DNA of 64,000 nucleotides from Octopus sinensis (Eukaryota): NCBI RefSeq assembly GCF_006345805.1, contig NC_043023.1, positions 3,348,001 to 3,412,000 of the forward strand, read 5' to 3'. Shown piece by piece: positions 24,391 to 36,924 of this stretch (position 1 is its first letter; each line of letters starts with the position of its first letter). The notes under the pieces were generated by a model. It saw only the letters and a program-made list of their open reading frames with translations, ran no database searches and was not told where the DNA came from. The position numbers and the translations under genes were made by a program.

Positions 24391-24953
24391 ATATATATAT
24401 ATATAATATATATATATGTATATATTATATATATATGTGTCTGGGTTTGTATGTTTGCGTTTGCCCCCCTCCCCCAACATTGCTTGACAACCGATGCTGG
24501 TGTGTTTATGTCCCCGTAACTTAGTGGTTCAGCAAAAGAGACCAATAGAATAAGTACTAGGCTTCCAAAGAATAAGTCCTCGGGTCGATTTGCTTGACTA
24601 AAGGCGGTGCTCCAGCATGGCCACAGTCAAATGACTGAAACAAGTAAATGAGTAGAAGAGTAGAATGTAAAGAATATTTTATGTAAAGTAAAACGAATGT
24701 CGAGATCATTTATAATTAAAAAAATATTATTATTATTATTATTGTTTGCAGAATCCCTTTCACTCACTCTAAACTTGCGTACACCATCACTTGTAAATGT
24801 GATTGCTGATTCACAAGCTCTTGTAGACGGACTTGTAGAATTCTTTTTAAAAAACAAATATAGAGTTGTTTGCTTAGAAGAAGATGTTTTTTTGCTCTCT
24901 ATAAATTTCTCTGTAACACACATATGCATTTGTTATGGTAGTAGAAACTCTGT

Positions 24954-25309
24954 GGCCGGGCCACTGAGTGAGAGGAGCTCCGAGGAAGCACTACAAAGAC
25001 TGCCTCAAGAAGTCTCTAACAGCATGTTATATTAACCACCAATGCTGGTCAGACCTGGCTGCGGACCGTGATGTCTGGCACCACACGATCTTCAACGCAG
25101 TCAGCAAGTTTGAGGAACAAAGAAGAGATGCAGGAGGAAAGCGTGAGCCATCTCTGACACCACACCAGATGTTACCTTCGTCTGTGGACACTGCTCACAG
25201 ACCTGCCTTTCCCATATCGGACTTGTCAGTCATGAGTATGCATGCATGCAACGTGGACAGCCTTCCTGATCTTCATTCGCAAAGCTGAGCCATGATGATG
25301 ATGATGATG
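24954..25309 (+). mobile_element. RTE-BovB-like 3' fragment with 11-bp TSD
   Basis: RGAPRKHYKDCLKKSL...W..LAADR..W peptide and a (ATG)n tail. AGAAACTCTGT is duplicated at 24943-24953 and 25310-25320. Confidence 0.85.
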
Positions 25310-25357
25310 AGAAACTCTGTCCAAAATTTGGATCTGTTTAACTTTTTGATATTTATT

Positions 25358-25825
25358 TACTCTCTCTTTTACTTGTTTCAGTCATTTGACTGTGGCCATG
25401 CTGGAGCACCGTCTTTAGTCAAGCAAATCTACCCCAGGACTTATTCTTTGTAAGCCTAGTACTTATTCTATCAGTCTCTTTTGCCGAACTGCTAAGTTAC
25501 GGGGACGTAAACACATCATCATCTGTTGTCAATCGATGTTGTGGGACAAACACAGACACACAAACAATATACACACACATACATATATATATATATTATA
25601 TATATATATTATATATATATATAATATATATATACATACACATACATATATACATATATATGATGGGCTTCTTTCAGTTTCCGTCTGCCTGATCCACTCA
25701 CACGACTTTGGTCAGCCTGAGGCTATAGTAGAAGACACTTGCCCAAGGTGCCACGCAGTGGGACTGAACCCGGAACCATGTGGTTGGTAAGTAAGCTACT
25801 TACCACACAGCCACCCCTGCGCCTA
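25358..25825 (-). mobile_element. tRNA-derived SINE family A
   Basis: Full-length match to the other copies. Confidence 0.85.
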
Positions 25826-26042
25826 TTAAACTTATTATAAAATAAAACTTGTAAATCCAGGGTCTCATAAAGCGGACCCTTGTAGAGTGAGGTATTACTG
25901 TATATATACAACTACCAGCACCACCACTACCATCACCACCACCACCACCACCACTACCATCACCACCACCACTAACATCACCAGCACCACTACCATCACC
26001 ACCACCACTAACATCACCACCATCACTACCATCACCAGCGTA

Positions 26043-26390
26043 GAGGCGCAATAGCCCAATGGTTAGGGCAGTGAACTCGCGGTTTTGATTCCCAGACTGG
26101 GCGTTGTGTGTATTAATTGAGCCAAAACACCTAAAGCTCAACGAGGTTCCATCAGGGGGTGGTGTCGACCCCTGTTGTACTCTTTCGCCCCAGCTTTATC
26201 TCACTCTCTCTTCCTGTTTCTTGTCCCCGACTTCCTACGCAATCGCTGAGCCTGGATGCGCATTCATCCATCCGTCGATGCTCTCAGTGTCGGGGGTTGA
26301 CCTGCTTTCTCTTCTGCGGATCTTACGAATAGCAAAGGACCACATTTTGGACTTCTCCCACTCTGGGACGAAGACCGCTTCACTCAGCAA
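26043..26390 (+). mobile_element. tRNA-derived SINE family C variant
   Basis: Head GAGGCGCAATAGCCCAATGGTTAGGGCAG...GATTCCCAGAC is shared with 48112. The 3' half differs. Confidence 0.65.
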
Positions 26391-26830
26391 ACAAACAAAC
26401 CATCACCACCACCACCACTACCATCACCACCACCACCAGTATCACTTCCCACCACTCATCAACACAAAAACCACCACCACTATCACCACCGCCACTATCA
26501 CAATCACCACTACCACCACCATCTCGACAACCACCACAACTACAGCTCCCTCTACGATAACTCTTAGACTAACATCTTGATTAATCCCCAAATGAAACTC
26601 CATCTGATGCCTCTACAAATTTTTTATTGCAGTGAAACCAGCCAGTTTTTCTGACCACCCCTCCAGAACTCCTTCTCCCTGGCATTGAAGCTACAGATTT
26701 TGGACGGACATAGTGAGCACATATGTAGTGGTAAGACTTGTTCTTCTTGCTGTCAAATACCCATTTTCTTTCAATCCAGAAAGGGGAAAATAAATCCCTT
26801 TTATCTCTGACACAAATATGTTTGGATATA

Positions 26831-27055
26831 TTAACCTTTTCATTACCAACCCGGCTGAAACCGGCCGGCTCTGTGTATAAATGTCTTGTTTCCATAAGTT
26901 TTGAATTAAAATCTTCCACCATCTTTGTCACAATTTATGTTCTTAACACTAGCTTAATGATAAATAAGTTATTTTACTAAATTCTTTATTATATTTAAAG
27001 TAATTGAAAGAAACACAGAGTATCTCAACAGAAATATGGTAACGAAAAGGGTTAA
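26831..27055 (+). mobile_element. piggyBac-type MITE monomer
   Basis: TTAA-CC(C)TTTTCATTACC ... GGTAACGAAAAGGG-TTAA: CCC/GGG-type termini with TTAA target. Confidence 0.75.
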
Positions 27056-27143
27056 AGACAGTCAGTCAGTCAAATGTGTCTTCAATCTTCAATGTGCACA
27101 AGATTTGGCTGCTATTTCTAACAAGTGAAACAAAATCTGCAAA

Positions 27144-28214
27144 TTTACCCTTTTGATACCAACCCAACTGAAACCACCTCTGGCTCTCTAGTATAAATGT
27201 CTTGTTTTCAAAAGTTTTAGATTAAAATATTCCCCTAAATCTTAGCCACAATTTATGTTCCTAACACTAGCTTAATGATAACTAAGTTATTTTACTAAAT
27301 TCTTTGTTATATTTAACCCTTTTGATACCAACCTGGCTGAAACCACCTCTGGCTCTGTCGTACAAATGTCTTGTTTTCATAAGTTTTGAATTAAAATCTT
27401 CCACCAAACCTTAGTCACAATTTATGTTCCTAACACTAGCTTAATGATAACTAAGTTATTTTACTAAATTCTTTGTTATATTTAACCCTTTTGATACCAA
27501 CCTGGCTGAAACCACCTCTGGCTCTGTCGTACAAATGTCTTGTTTTCATAAGTTTTGAATTAAAATCTTCCACCAAACCTTAGTCACAATTTATGTTCCT
27601 AACACTAGCTTAATGATAACTAAGTTATTTTACTAAATTCTTTGTTATATTTAACCCTTTTGATACCAACCTGGCTGAAACCACCTCTGGCTCTGTCGTA
27701 CAAATGTCTTGTTTTCATAAGTTTTGAATTAAAATCTTCCACCAAACCTTAGTCACAATTTATGTTCCTAACACTAGCTTAATGATAACTAAGTTATTTT
27801 ATTAAATTCTTTGTTATATTTAACCCTTTTGATACCAACCCGGCTGAAACCACCTCTGGCTCTGTAATACAAATGTCTTGTTTTCATAAGTTTTGAATTA
27901 AAATCTTCCACCAAACTTAGTCACAATTTATGTCCTAACAAGAGCTTAATGATAACTAAGTTATTTTATTAAATTCTTTGTTATATTTAACCCTTTTGAT
28001 ACCAACCCGGCTGAAACCACCTCTGGCTCTGAGTACAAATGTCTTGTTTTCATAAGTTTTGAATTAAAATCTTCCACCAAACCTTAGTCACAATTTATGT
28101 TCCTAACACTAGCTGAATGATAACTAAGTTATTTTACCAAATTTTCTGTTGTATTTAAAATAATTGAAAGAAACACAGAGCATCTCAAAATAAATACAGT
28201 AACGAAAGAGTTAA
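27144..28214 (+). repeat. 169-bp satellite formed from the piggyBac MITE (6 left-end units, one right end)
   Basis: TAACCCTTTTGATACC recurs at 27314, 27483, 27652, 27821 and 27988. The array ends GTAACGAAAGAGTTAA. Confidence 0.9.
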
Positions 28215-28806
28215 TCCTCATTTTGTGGATATAACATCTTTGTGTACCAGATATACACACACCAGCTTTTCTTCCTCATACAAAATGCAGTTTTCATAAT
28301 ACTTGTTCTTCTTGCTATCAAATGAACTGTTTGCAACCCCACAAAACCTTGTGTCTGGAGTCAAAAATTTACCCACTTCCTTTTTCTTTTTCCTTTTTCA
28401 GTCTCTGATACACAATTCTGCCTGGATATACCTCATCTTTGGATACACTGTTTTTTTTCCTCTTCTGGATTTACTCATCCTGTTTCTTCTGATAAATTGT
28501 ATGGAAAGTGTAACCCTGTTTTCCAGAGGACAAAATAACATTCTTTCATCTGGAAGGAAAAAAAAACCCAAAAAGCCAAACATCTTTTATACTCAACACC
28601 CAACATCTAATTTTTTTCCTGGATATACCATCACATTTCACGGACATACTATCATTTCTAACAAATATATAATTTGTTCTTCAAACAGGATATGCAGACT
28701 AATGTGTCTGCAGAAAAACTAATACTATTATGTAATATACCTCTCGCAGTTTCACATTTCCTTCACCCACACAAACATATCCTTTGTTCCAGGCATACAG
28801 TTCTGT

Positions 28807-29035
28807 TTAACCTTTTAGCATTTAAACTGGCCATATCCGGCCAAAAGTATTCTGCCTGTTTTATGGTCAAACTGGCCAGATCTGGTCTCTCACACCTACC
28901 CTACAATATCGTTTTTAAAATTAACACCTACCTCATCAAAATCTCATTGCTACAAGATAATGCATGATTAGCTCAAAATAATTTGGATAAAAAAGCATTA
29001 ATTTTGGCAGAATAATGCGAACACTAAAGGGTTAG
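28807..29035 (+). mobile_element. Second piggyBac-type MITE family
   Basis: TTAACCTTTTAGCATT ... ACACTAAAGGGTTAG termini. A right-end fragment also occurs at 54951-55009. Confidence 0.6.
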
Positions 29036-29577
29036 ATATTCAATGTTCTGTATATCCTGAAGAAACTGTCAAAAAAAATATATATATAAGTCAAATCTGT
29101 TTTAATATTATCTTACTTTGCCTGTGATCATCTCAGGTTAAACAAAACATCCTACATACCTATATTAATATAAAATTTTACCATAGTCTTTGAAACATTA
29201 ACATTGTGACACCATGAGAGACTTTTTCACCATATATTTCAAATTGAATTCTTCAGATCTTTCAGAGAAATTAACCAGACAACATCGATTCCATTGTGGA
29301 TCGAAATGACATTTAGTAAGAAAGCCAAAGAAACAGAAACACATCACTTTTAGATTTTGCTTTCGTTTAACCAAAGTCGAATTAACAATTCTCAGGATGC
29401 CGACTTTATTACCCATGATACTTGTGCCATTTTCACTGGCGAACACTTAAATGCAATCCATTTATAATTTTCAATCAATTTAAAGCAAAGATAGGGCAAA
29501 GAAATACCATAACGACTTTGTCAGACGAGGCTGCTTTCACAGCCACAACCGTCTGAACATTTGGATCCATTGACGCA

Positions 29578-30681
29578 ATGCACACTGAAGTATACACACA
29601 TGCGTCGTATTCATATTACTCGGAACCTCAGTATGTTCTTGCATTGAAGATCATTTCACTGGCTCTGATTATATTCACTGGTATTCTCGGCAACAGCATG
29701 GTTGTCTACACAATAATCAGAGACAAACGCCTACACCGGCCACCATTTTACTACCTGGTCAGTCTGGCCATGTCAGATTTAGCTAGATCAGTGTTTTGCC
29801 TGCCTTTTGTGTTAACCACTGTAATCCAGGGTTATGTGTGGGTCTATGGCGAGAACGCATGTATCCTGGTTGGTTTCACAAACACTTTTTTTATCTACAG
29901 TTCTGCCGTAACTTTTCTCCTTATATCAGGCGACAGATATGTCGGGGTGGTACAGACTCGCTTTTATCGACGCAAATGTGGTGGCCTGCTGTCACTTGCG
30001 TTCATCGTGTTTGGATGGGGGGTGGCATTTTTAGTGTCTTTTCCACCTATCTTTGGGTTAGGTAGCTACACGTTTGTGCCAAGTGAAGCTCAATGTACTT
30101 ATTCACACACACACTACAGGTCAAATGATACGCTCGTCTTTTTATTAGTGTTTACATTCATAATGAGCCTGTCCCTGCTTCTTTATTATCGGATACTCAT
30201 GTTTTTAAGAAACCATCGCAAAATGTACCCATTTTTCCATCAGCCTGCACGTAGTAACAACTGGACGTTTTTAGGACCCGGCGCCAATGGACAGGCTTTA
30301 GTGAACTGGTTAAATGGTTTTACCGGGTTCAGACAAAACCCTTGGCTTAATCCTATAGCAGCTGGTTTTCAAATGCCCCCGCGACAACTTGGACGGACAG
30401 TCAACTTAAAAGTTGTGAAAGGGGAACACCTCAGTCGACTGTTTTTCACCGTTACCCTTGTTTTCGACATCCTATGGGTCCCCTATTTGGTATTGTCTTA
30501 CTGGCAGGTTTTCGAGGTTTCCCACCAGCTGTCATCTACTTTCATTGGTGTGGCAGCATGGTGCAGCTATCTTGCAGTTGCGGTCAACCCGTTAGTGTAT
30601 CTCTGCTGTAGTGGCACTTTGCGGAGAGCCTTTCGCCCGGAAATAGAAAGTTATTCAAAACGAGGTACCCTTAGAGAATAA
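29578..30681 (+). CDS. SREB-family orphan class A GPCR (GPR27/GPR85/GPR173-like), 367 aa, single coding exon
   Basis: Seven hydrophobic segments, GN in TM1, GDRY in TM3 and NPLVY in TM7. SREB-like signatures include LHRPPFYYL, FPPIFGLGSYTF...EAQCT...RSNDTL, and NNWTFLGPGANGQALVNWLNGF in ICL3 (GPR85 has QNWTFHGPGASGQAAANWLAGF, recalled). A candidate splice acceptor ends at 29542. Confidence 0.92.
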   Translation: MHTEVYTHASYSYYSEPQYVLALKIISLALIIFTGILGNSMVVYTIIRDKRLHRPPFYYLVSLAMSDLARSVFCLPFVLTTVIQGYVWVYGENACILVGFTNTFFIYSSAVTFLLISGDRYVGVVQTRFYRRKCGGLLSLAFIVFGWGVAFLVSFPPIFGLGSYTFVPSEAQCTYSHTHYRSNDTLVFLLVFTFIMSLSLLLYYRILMFLRNHRKMYPFFHQPARSNNWTFLGPGANGQALVNWLNGFTGFRQNPWLNPIAAGFQMPPRQLGRTVNLKVVKGEHLSRLFFTVTLVFDILWVPYLVLSYWQVFEVSHQLSSTFIGVAAWCSYLAVAVNPLVYLCCSGTLRRAFRPEIESYSKRGTLRE

Positions 30682-31007
30682 AGGGTATTGGAAATAGATT
30701 TTGAAGGGACTTGAAATGAAGCTGTGTAAGGGAATTAATAATGATAAAAATAATAATTACTGGAAATAGGAACGGTTTCCATAACGAGCTATTGTCAGAA
30801 GAATTGTTGTGTTGGGAAATTTAAAAAGCTATTCAGAATGAAGTCGTAAGAGAGAGGATATATATATGTATATATATGTATATATATTATATAATTGGAT
30901 GTGACATACTGTATGATATCTGAAATTGGGAAACAGTGCAAGAGCTACTTAAGTGTGTATGTGTGTGTGTTCACATGCGCATATGCATATAGTAAATGAA
31001 AATGTGC

Positions 31008-31052
<45 letters not shown>

Positions 31053-32193
31053 TATACACATGCAAATATGTGTACAGATGTGTTCTGTTTTGACTGACAT
31101 ATGTGTGCATATATGTAAGCTCAGGTGGTTATAGGAATGCTGCAGTAATTTATATATATATATATATATATAGTAGGTACTGTAAATTTGGGGTGAATAC
31201 TTGATAAGTGTAAGCACCTGTGTATGCCAGATAGCGGCAGAGGTGAGAGGGAATATATAAAATAAAATCTCTGTTTTTGATTTTATTTGATATATTTATA
31301 TATATACATATATATACATATATATTATATGATGTGGATGTGTGACCTCATCTAGGAGGAATGTAAAAGAATGGAGCGGTGATGTAAGATGAGGCAGTAT
31401 GTGACGGAAAGTCAAGGTTTGTGAGCCGATAGAAATGTGATTGATTTCAACCAGGGTAACAGTTTGAGAAAGTGGTGAATAGTTGAGTTAGAAAGAAGAG
31501 TGCGGTGGGGATGACTTCTTTAGGGAATGACTTACATAACGGGTTTGGCCAGAGCAAGGATTTTGCGGATAATTTCATTACGGGTGGGGCGGGGCAGGGC
31601 AGGGTGCCGTTGCGGAACCTCTGCCCCCCAACCGATGCGAGGTGTCTCGTGGGCACCGGTGCCATGCGAGGGCATTGCGGGTTTTGGCAAGGTTTTATAA
31701 TACTGCTGTTATATGCAGGGACTGGGATAACGAAAAAATGCATATCGAAGGGCTGGCATTTGCGCTGCAACCCGACACACGTAAATACACTCGGACGCAT
31801 ACACGGATGCATGTGCATACGCAAAGAACATATGCACATCAAACTAGACACACTCACAAAAAAAATGCCAGACAGATTTTAAATTAATGCAAGTAGTATA
31901 TACATGTATGTAAATATTGTCTATATGTGTATATATTGTGTATGTGTCAATGTCAGTATGGATGTTTGTGTACATGTATATATGTATGTATATGAATATA
32001 TATATGATGTATATAATATATATGTATATATATATATATATAAACTTACTTGGAGAAAAGAAACGAAATGACGCGAGGGTGCTCAGTCATATAATAATTT
32101 AATAAATAAAATATATGCACACATACATATATGTACATACCTACACCTACATGTATATATACATGCATATATATATATATATATATATATATA

Positions 32194-32319
32194 CAAAATA
32201 AGCAATAAGAACGAGTCCGGTAATTTGGTACAATTGTTTCACACTACATCATTTTATTAAATGTTGTAGTACGAAACGATTGTACCAAATTACCGGAGTC
32301 ATTCTTATTGCTTATTTTG
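32194..32319. repeat. Short foldback element with hammerhead 3'-half remnants
   Basis: CAAAATAAGCAATAAGAACGAGTCCGGTAATTTGGTACAAT pairs with ATTGTACCAAATTACCGGAGTCATTCTTATTGCTTATTTTG. The left arm on the minus strand has GAA-ACAATTGT-A. Confidence 0.75.
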
Positions 32320-32440
32320 ATTATAATATCTCCATGGATTTATATGGATAACACCATACAAAATTCTGGTGCATCTAAATTAAGTACCATATTCATTTGA
32401 ATCTAAATTTTTGCTGAACTTATATATATATATATATTTA

Positions 32441-32855
32441 TCTTTTACTCTTTTACTTGTTTCAGTCATTTGACTGTGGCCATGCTGGAGCACCACCTTT
32501 AGTTGAGCAAATCGACCCCAGGACTTATTCTTTGTAAGCCTAGTACTTATTCTATCGGTCTCTTTTGCCGAACCGCTAAGTTACAGGGACGTAAACACAC
32601 CAGCATCGGTTGTCAAGCGATGTTCGGGGGACGAACACAGACACACAAACACACACACACACACACATATATATATACATATATACATATATACGATGGG
32701 CTTCTTTCAGCTTCCGTCCACCAAATCCACTTACAAGGCTTTGGTCGGCCCAAGGCTATAGTAGGAGACACTTACCCAAGGTGCCATGCAGTGGGACTGA
32801 ACCCGGAACCATGTGGTTGGTAAGCAAGCTACTTACCACACAGCCACTCCTACGC
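32441..32855 (-). mobile_element. tRNA-derived SINE family A
   Basis: Full-length match to the other copies. Confidence 0.85.
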
Positions 32856-32877
32856 CTACACACATGTCTAAAGAAAA

Positions 32878-32918
<41 letters not shown>

Positions 32919-33054
32919 CGTGTGTGTGTGCGTGCGTGTGTATTCATTGGTTTCCTTGAATGGGTGGAAAGTCCTCGTTACCGAGGTAACAGTAGCTTGT
33001 TACTCAGGAGTTATTCCCCTTGTTATCATAGGCGGTGACAAGATTTGAGGTATG

Positions 33055-33085
<31 letters not shown>

Positions 33086-33399
33086 ATAAAGGTGTGTGTG
33101 TTTTTTCGTTTAAAAATGCTGCTAGAATGCAAATGAAGCCGTTAACTAATGGCTCCATAAACTATCAGAACAAAATACTCCTTAAATGGGAAAAAGGGTG
33201 GGAAAAAAAGTAGACAGAATAAGCTACAAGAATCGAACCACATGTCCGCTGTATATTGTATATATTCCGTATGTGTACACACATACTACACATGCACACA
33301 ATACACACACACACATTCACACAGACACACATACGTATGTTGTTCAATTTGGTATGTGTGTGTATCTGTGTGTTTATATATATATATACATATATGTAT

Positions 33400-33488
<89 letters not shown>

Positions 33489-33489
33489 G

Positions 33490-33575
<86 letters not shown>

Positions 33576-33590
33576 AGATATATATATATA

Positions 33591-33629
<39 letters not shown>

Positions 33630-34188
33630 AATATAATAATATTAGGGAGTATAACTCCAAACTTACAGGGAAAAATTCAATTTAGTATTAAATCAAATTT
33701 CGCAATATAAATATATAAAATATAAATTTGAGATAAAACCACTATTATGCAACTCAAACAGTGATAGACATAAACCAATACATGAATAACAAATAATATA
33801 TATAATAATTCATTTTATTTTCTCAAAAAGTATAAAATGAATGAAAAATATAATATAATAAGTAATATTACTTATATATATATATGTATATATATATGTA
33901 TGTATGTATGTTTGTATGTATGTTTGTATATAATGTATGTATATTTGTATATATATTTGAGTGTATGTGTATGTTTATAAATGTGTGTGTATGTATATAT
34001 ATGTATGTGAGTATATTTGTATATGTATATCTATGTATGCAATTTTATATGCATCTGTATATAAATGTATGTATTTTTGTGTGTAAGATTATGCATAAAT
34101 GAATCTGTATGTTTACATAAATCTCTCTCTGTCTGTCTGTCTGTCTATCTACCTACCTACCTACCTACATATTTATCTATCTATCTTT

Positions 34189-34219
<31 letters not shown>

Positions 34220-34311
34220 CCTATATCTATCTATATCTGTCTATCTATCTATCTATCTATCCATCCATCCATCTATCTATCTGTCTGTCTGTCTGACTGT
34301 CTCTCTATCTA

Positions 34312-34366
<55 letters not shown>

Positions 34367-34435
34367 CTATCCATCTATCCATCCATCCATCCATCTATCT
34401 ATCTTTCTGTCTGTCTGTCTCTATCTATCTATTTA

Positions 34436-34468
<33 letters not shown>

Positions 34469-34543
34469 GTATGTATGTATGTATGTATCTATCAATCTAT
34501 CTATATCTATCTATCGCTCTCTCTCTCTCTCTTTATCTACCTG

Positions 34544-34576
<33 letters not shown>

Positions 34577-34835
34577 ATCTATCAATCAATCTATCTATCT
34601 ATCTGTGTGTGTGCATGTCTAATGAGAGACAGAGTGACAAAGGTGTGTTGCTCCAACTCATTCAACACATTGTGTAATTGAAAAATAAGCAACAAGGTCT
34701 CTTATGTCATCAACAAACAATTAATTTATTCATTTGTTTCGTTTCCATTTTTTTAATTTTAATCCTATGTCCTACAGTCAATAAATTGTTTGTTTACAAG
34801 CAGAGTTTGTTGTTGTTTTTCATTTATATTTCTTA

Positions 34836-35650
34836 TGCTCCGATGGATGTGTAATGTCAGTGTTCATACTTGACAGAGTGTAAGTGCCTTGAGAGAAAAG
34901 TTGGACCTAAGAAGCATCAGATGTGTGCAAGAGAGACGTTTGCACTGGTGTGGTCATGTGGCGAGAATGGATGAAGATAGTTGTGTGAAAAAGTGCCACA
35001 CCCTAGCGGTTGAGGGAACCTGTGGAAGAGGTAGACCCAGGAAAACCTGGGAGGAGGTGGTGAAGCACGACCTTCGAACTTTAGGTCTCACCGAGGAAAT
35101 GACTAGAGACCGAGACCTTTGGAAGTATGCTGTGTGTGGGAAGACCCGGCAGGACAAGTGAGACCACAACCCGTGGCCTCTACCTAGGACGTAGCCAGCC
35201 CACTTATGCATACCTTTCCTTCTTGTGACACAAACCCTACTTGTGAAGACCTGTTGAGGCAAGTGAGGATCAGAATCGAAATCAAAATTGATCAACATCA
35301 ATGGAAATTGTAGCTGTAACACCAGTGCTGATGGCACATAAGAGAACCATCCGAACGTGGTCGTTGCCAGTGCCGCCCCGACTGGCCTCCGTGCCGGTGG
35401 CACGTAAAATGCTCCATCCGATCGTGGCCGTTGCCAGCCTTGTCTGGCACCTGTGCAGGTGGCACATAAAAAGCACCCACTACACTCACGGAGTGGTTGG
35501 CGTTAGGAAGGGCATCCAGCCGTAGAAACTCTGCCAGATCAGACTGGGCCTGGTGCAGCCTTCCGGCTTCACAGACCCCAGTTGAACCGTCCAACCCATG
35601 CCAGCATGGAAAGCGGACGTTAAACGATGATGATGATGATGATGATGATG
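34836..35650 (+). mobile_element. 5'-truncated RTE LINE, same family as 18041-23976
   Basis: QERRLHWCGHVARMDEDSCVKKC..LAVEGTCGRGRPRKTW, then the 3' UTR and a (GAT)n tail. Confidence 0.9.
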
Positions 35651-36004
35651 CATTCCAGTGATTGTCACCAACCAAACACACACACACGTGTATAAATGGA
35701 TGTATATTCTTGTATCGCTCTATGGTGTGTATAAGGTTTACTGATACGTAAAAATGGGACTCGGTACTTCAAAGAGTACATCAATGCAGGCGTGGCTGTG
35801 TGGTAAGAAGTTTGCTTCCAAACCAGATGGTTCTGGGTTCAGTCCTTCTGTGTGGCACTTTTTGGGGAAGTGGTCGATAAATTAAGTAGCAGTTGAGTAC
35901 TGGGGTTGATGTAATCGACTTTTCCCCATCCCTGAAATTTCGGGCCCTTGTGCCTATAGTAGAAAGGGTCATCATCATCATCATCATCACCACCACCACC
36001 ACCA

Positions 36005-36315
36005 GGGGTGGGGGGAAGGGTATCTTTTTTTTCTTCACAAATGTAAATAAACCCAATCTGTTTTTTAAACGAGGGACATATTCATACGGCACAGAATGTT
36101 TTTTTTTTTACCTCAATAGACGTCATTGATTGGTTGAAATTGCAGAAATTGAAGGAAAAAAAACCCAACAAATATCTTACAAACTATAGAATTTTCTCAA
36201 TAAAGCCAAGAGAAAAAGATGTTTTATAAACACATTCTACCAGTATACGAAGTTTAAAAGTGTTTCGTTACGTGGAAATTATTTTAAAAAACTGCCGGTC
36301 AAATCGAAAAGATCC
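36005..36315 (-). mobile_element. Partial GGATC-TIR MITE
   Basis: Reverse complement of part of 37768-38192, ending in CGAAAAGATCC. Confidence 0.75.
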
Positions 36316-36701
36316 TCAAATATTACGTGAAACAACAAGGGTCGACATTTCGCAATCTCAACGAATTTTCTGGGTAAAAAAAACAAACAACAAAAAGAGC
36401 AATCCAAGGGACATAACTCCGATGGCCTTGTCTCGGTTCTTTTGCCAGTCTATTAAGGCTGCAGTTTTTTATCCGGTTTTTCTGTTTTTTCCCCCCTTTT
36501 TATTTAACAACTCTCAGACCCCTTAATCAGATGTGACATTTTCAGGCCTCCCCTAGCAAACCAAGTAAGCCATATTTTTCCTTTCGGTCTTGAAATGGTG
36601 AATGCTAACAATCTTAAGCAGCTGTCAAGAGACATTAACATTATATAATCAATAATAATAATAATAAAAATAATATAAAAATAATAATAATAAAAATGAT
36701 G

Positions 36702-36732
<31 letters not shown>

Positions 36733-36924
36733 TGATAATAATAAAAATTAAAAAAATAATAATAAAAAAAAAAATAAAATTAAAAAATAAAAATAAAAAT
36801 AAAAATAATAATAATATAATAATAATAATAAAAATAAAAATAAAAAATAATAATAATAATAAAAAAAAAAATAAAAATAAAAATAAAAAATAATAATAAA
36901 AATGATAATAATAATAATAATAAT

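Noticed and set aside
31447-31887. Overlapping ORFs of 81-136 aa downstream of the GPCR
   Set aside because: No recognisable motifs. They are explained by locally higher GC content.
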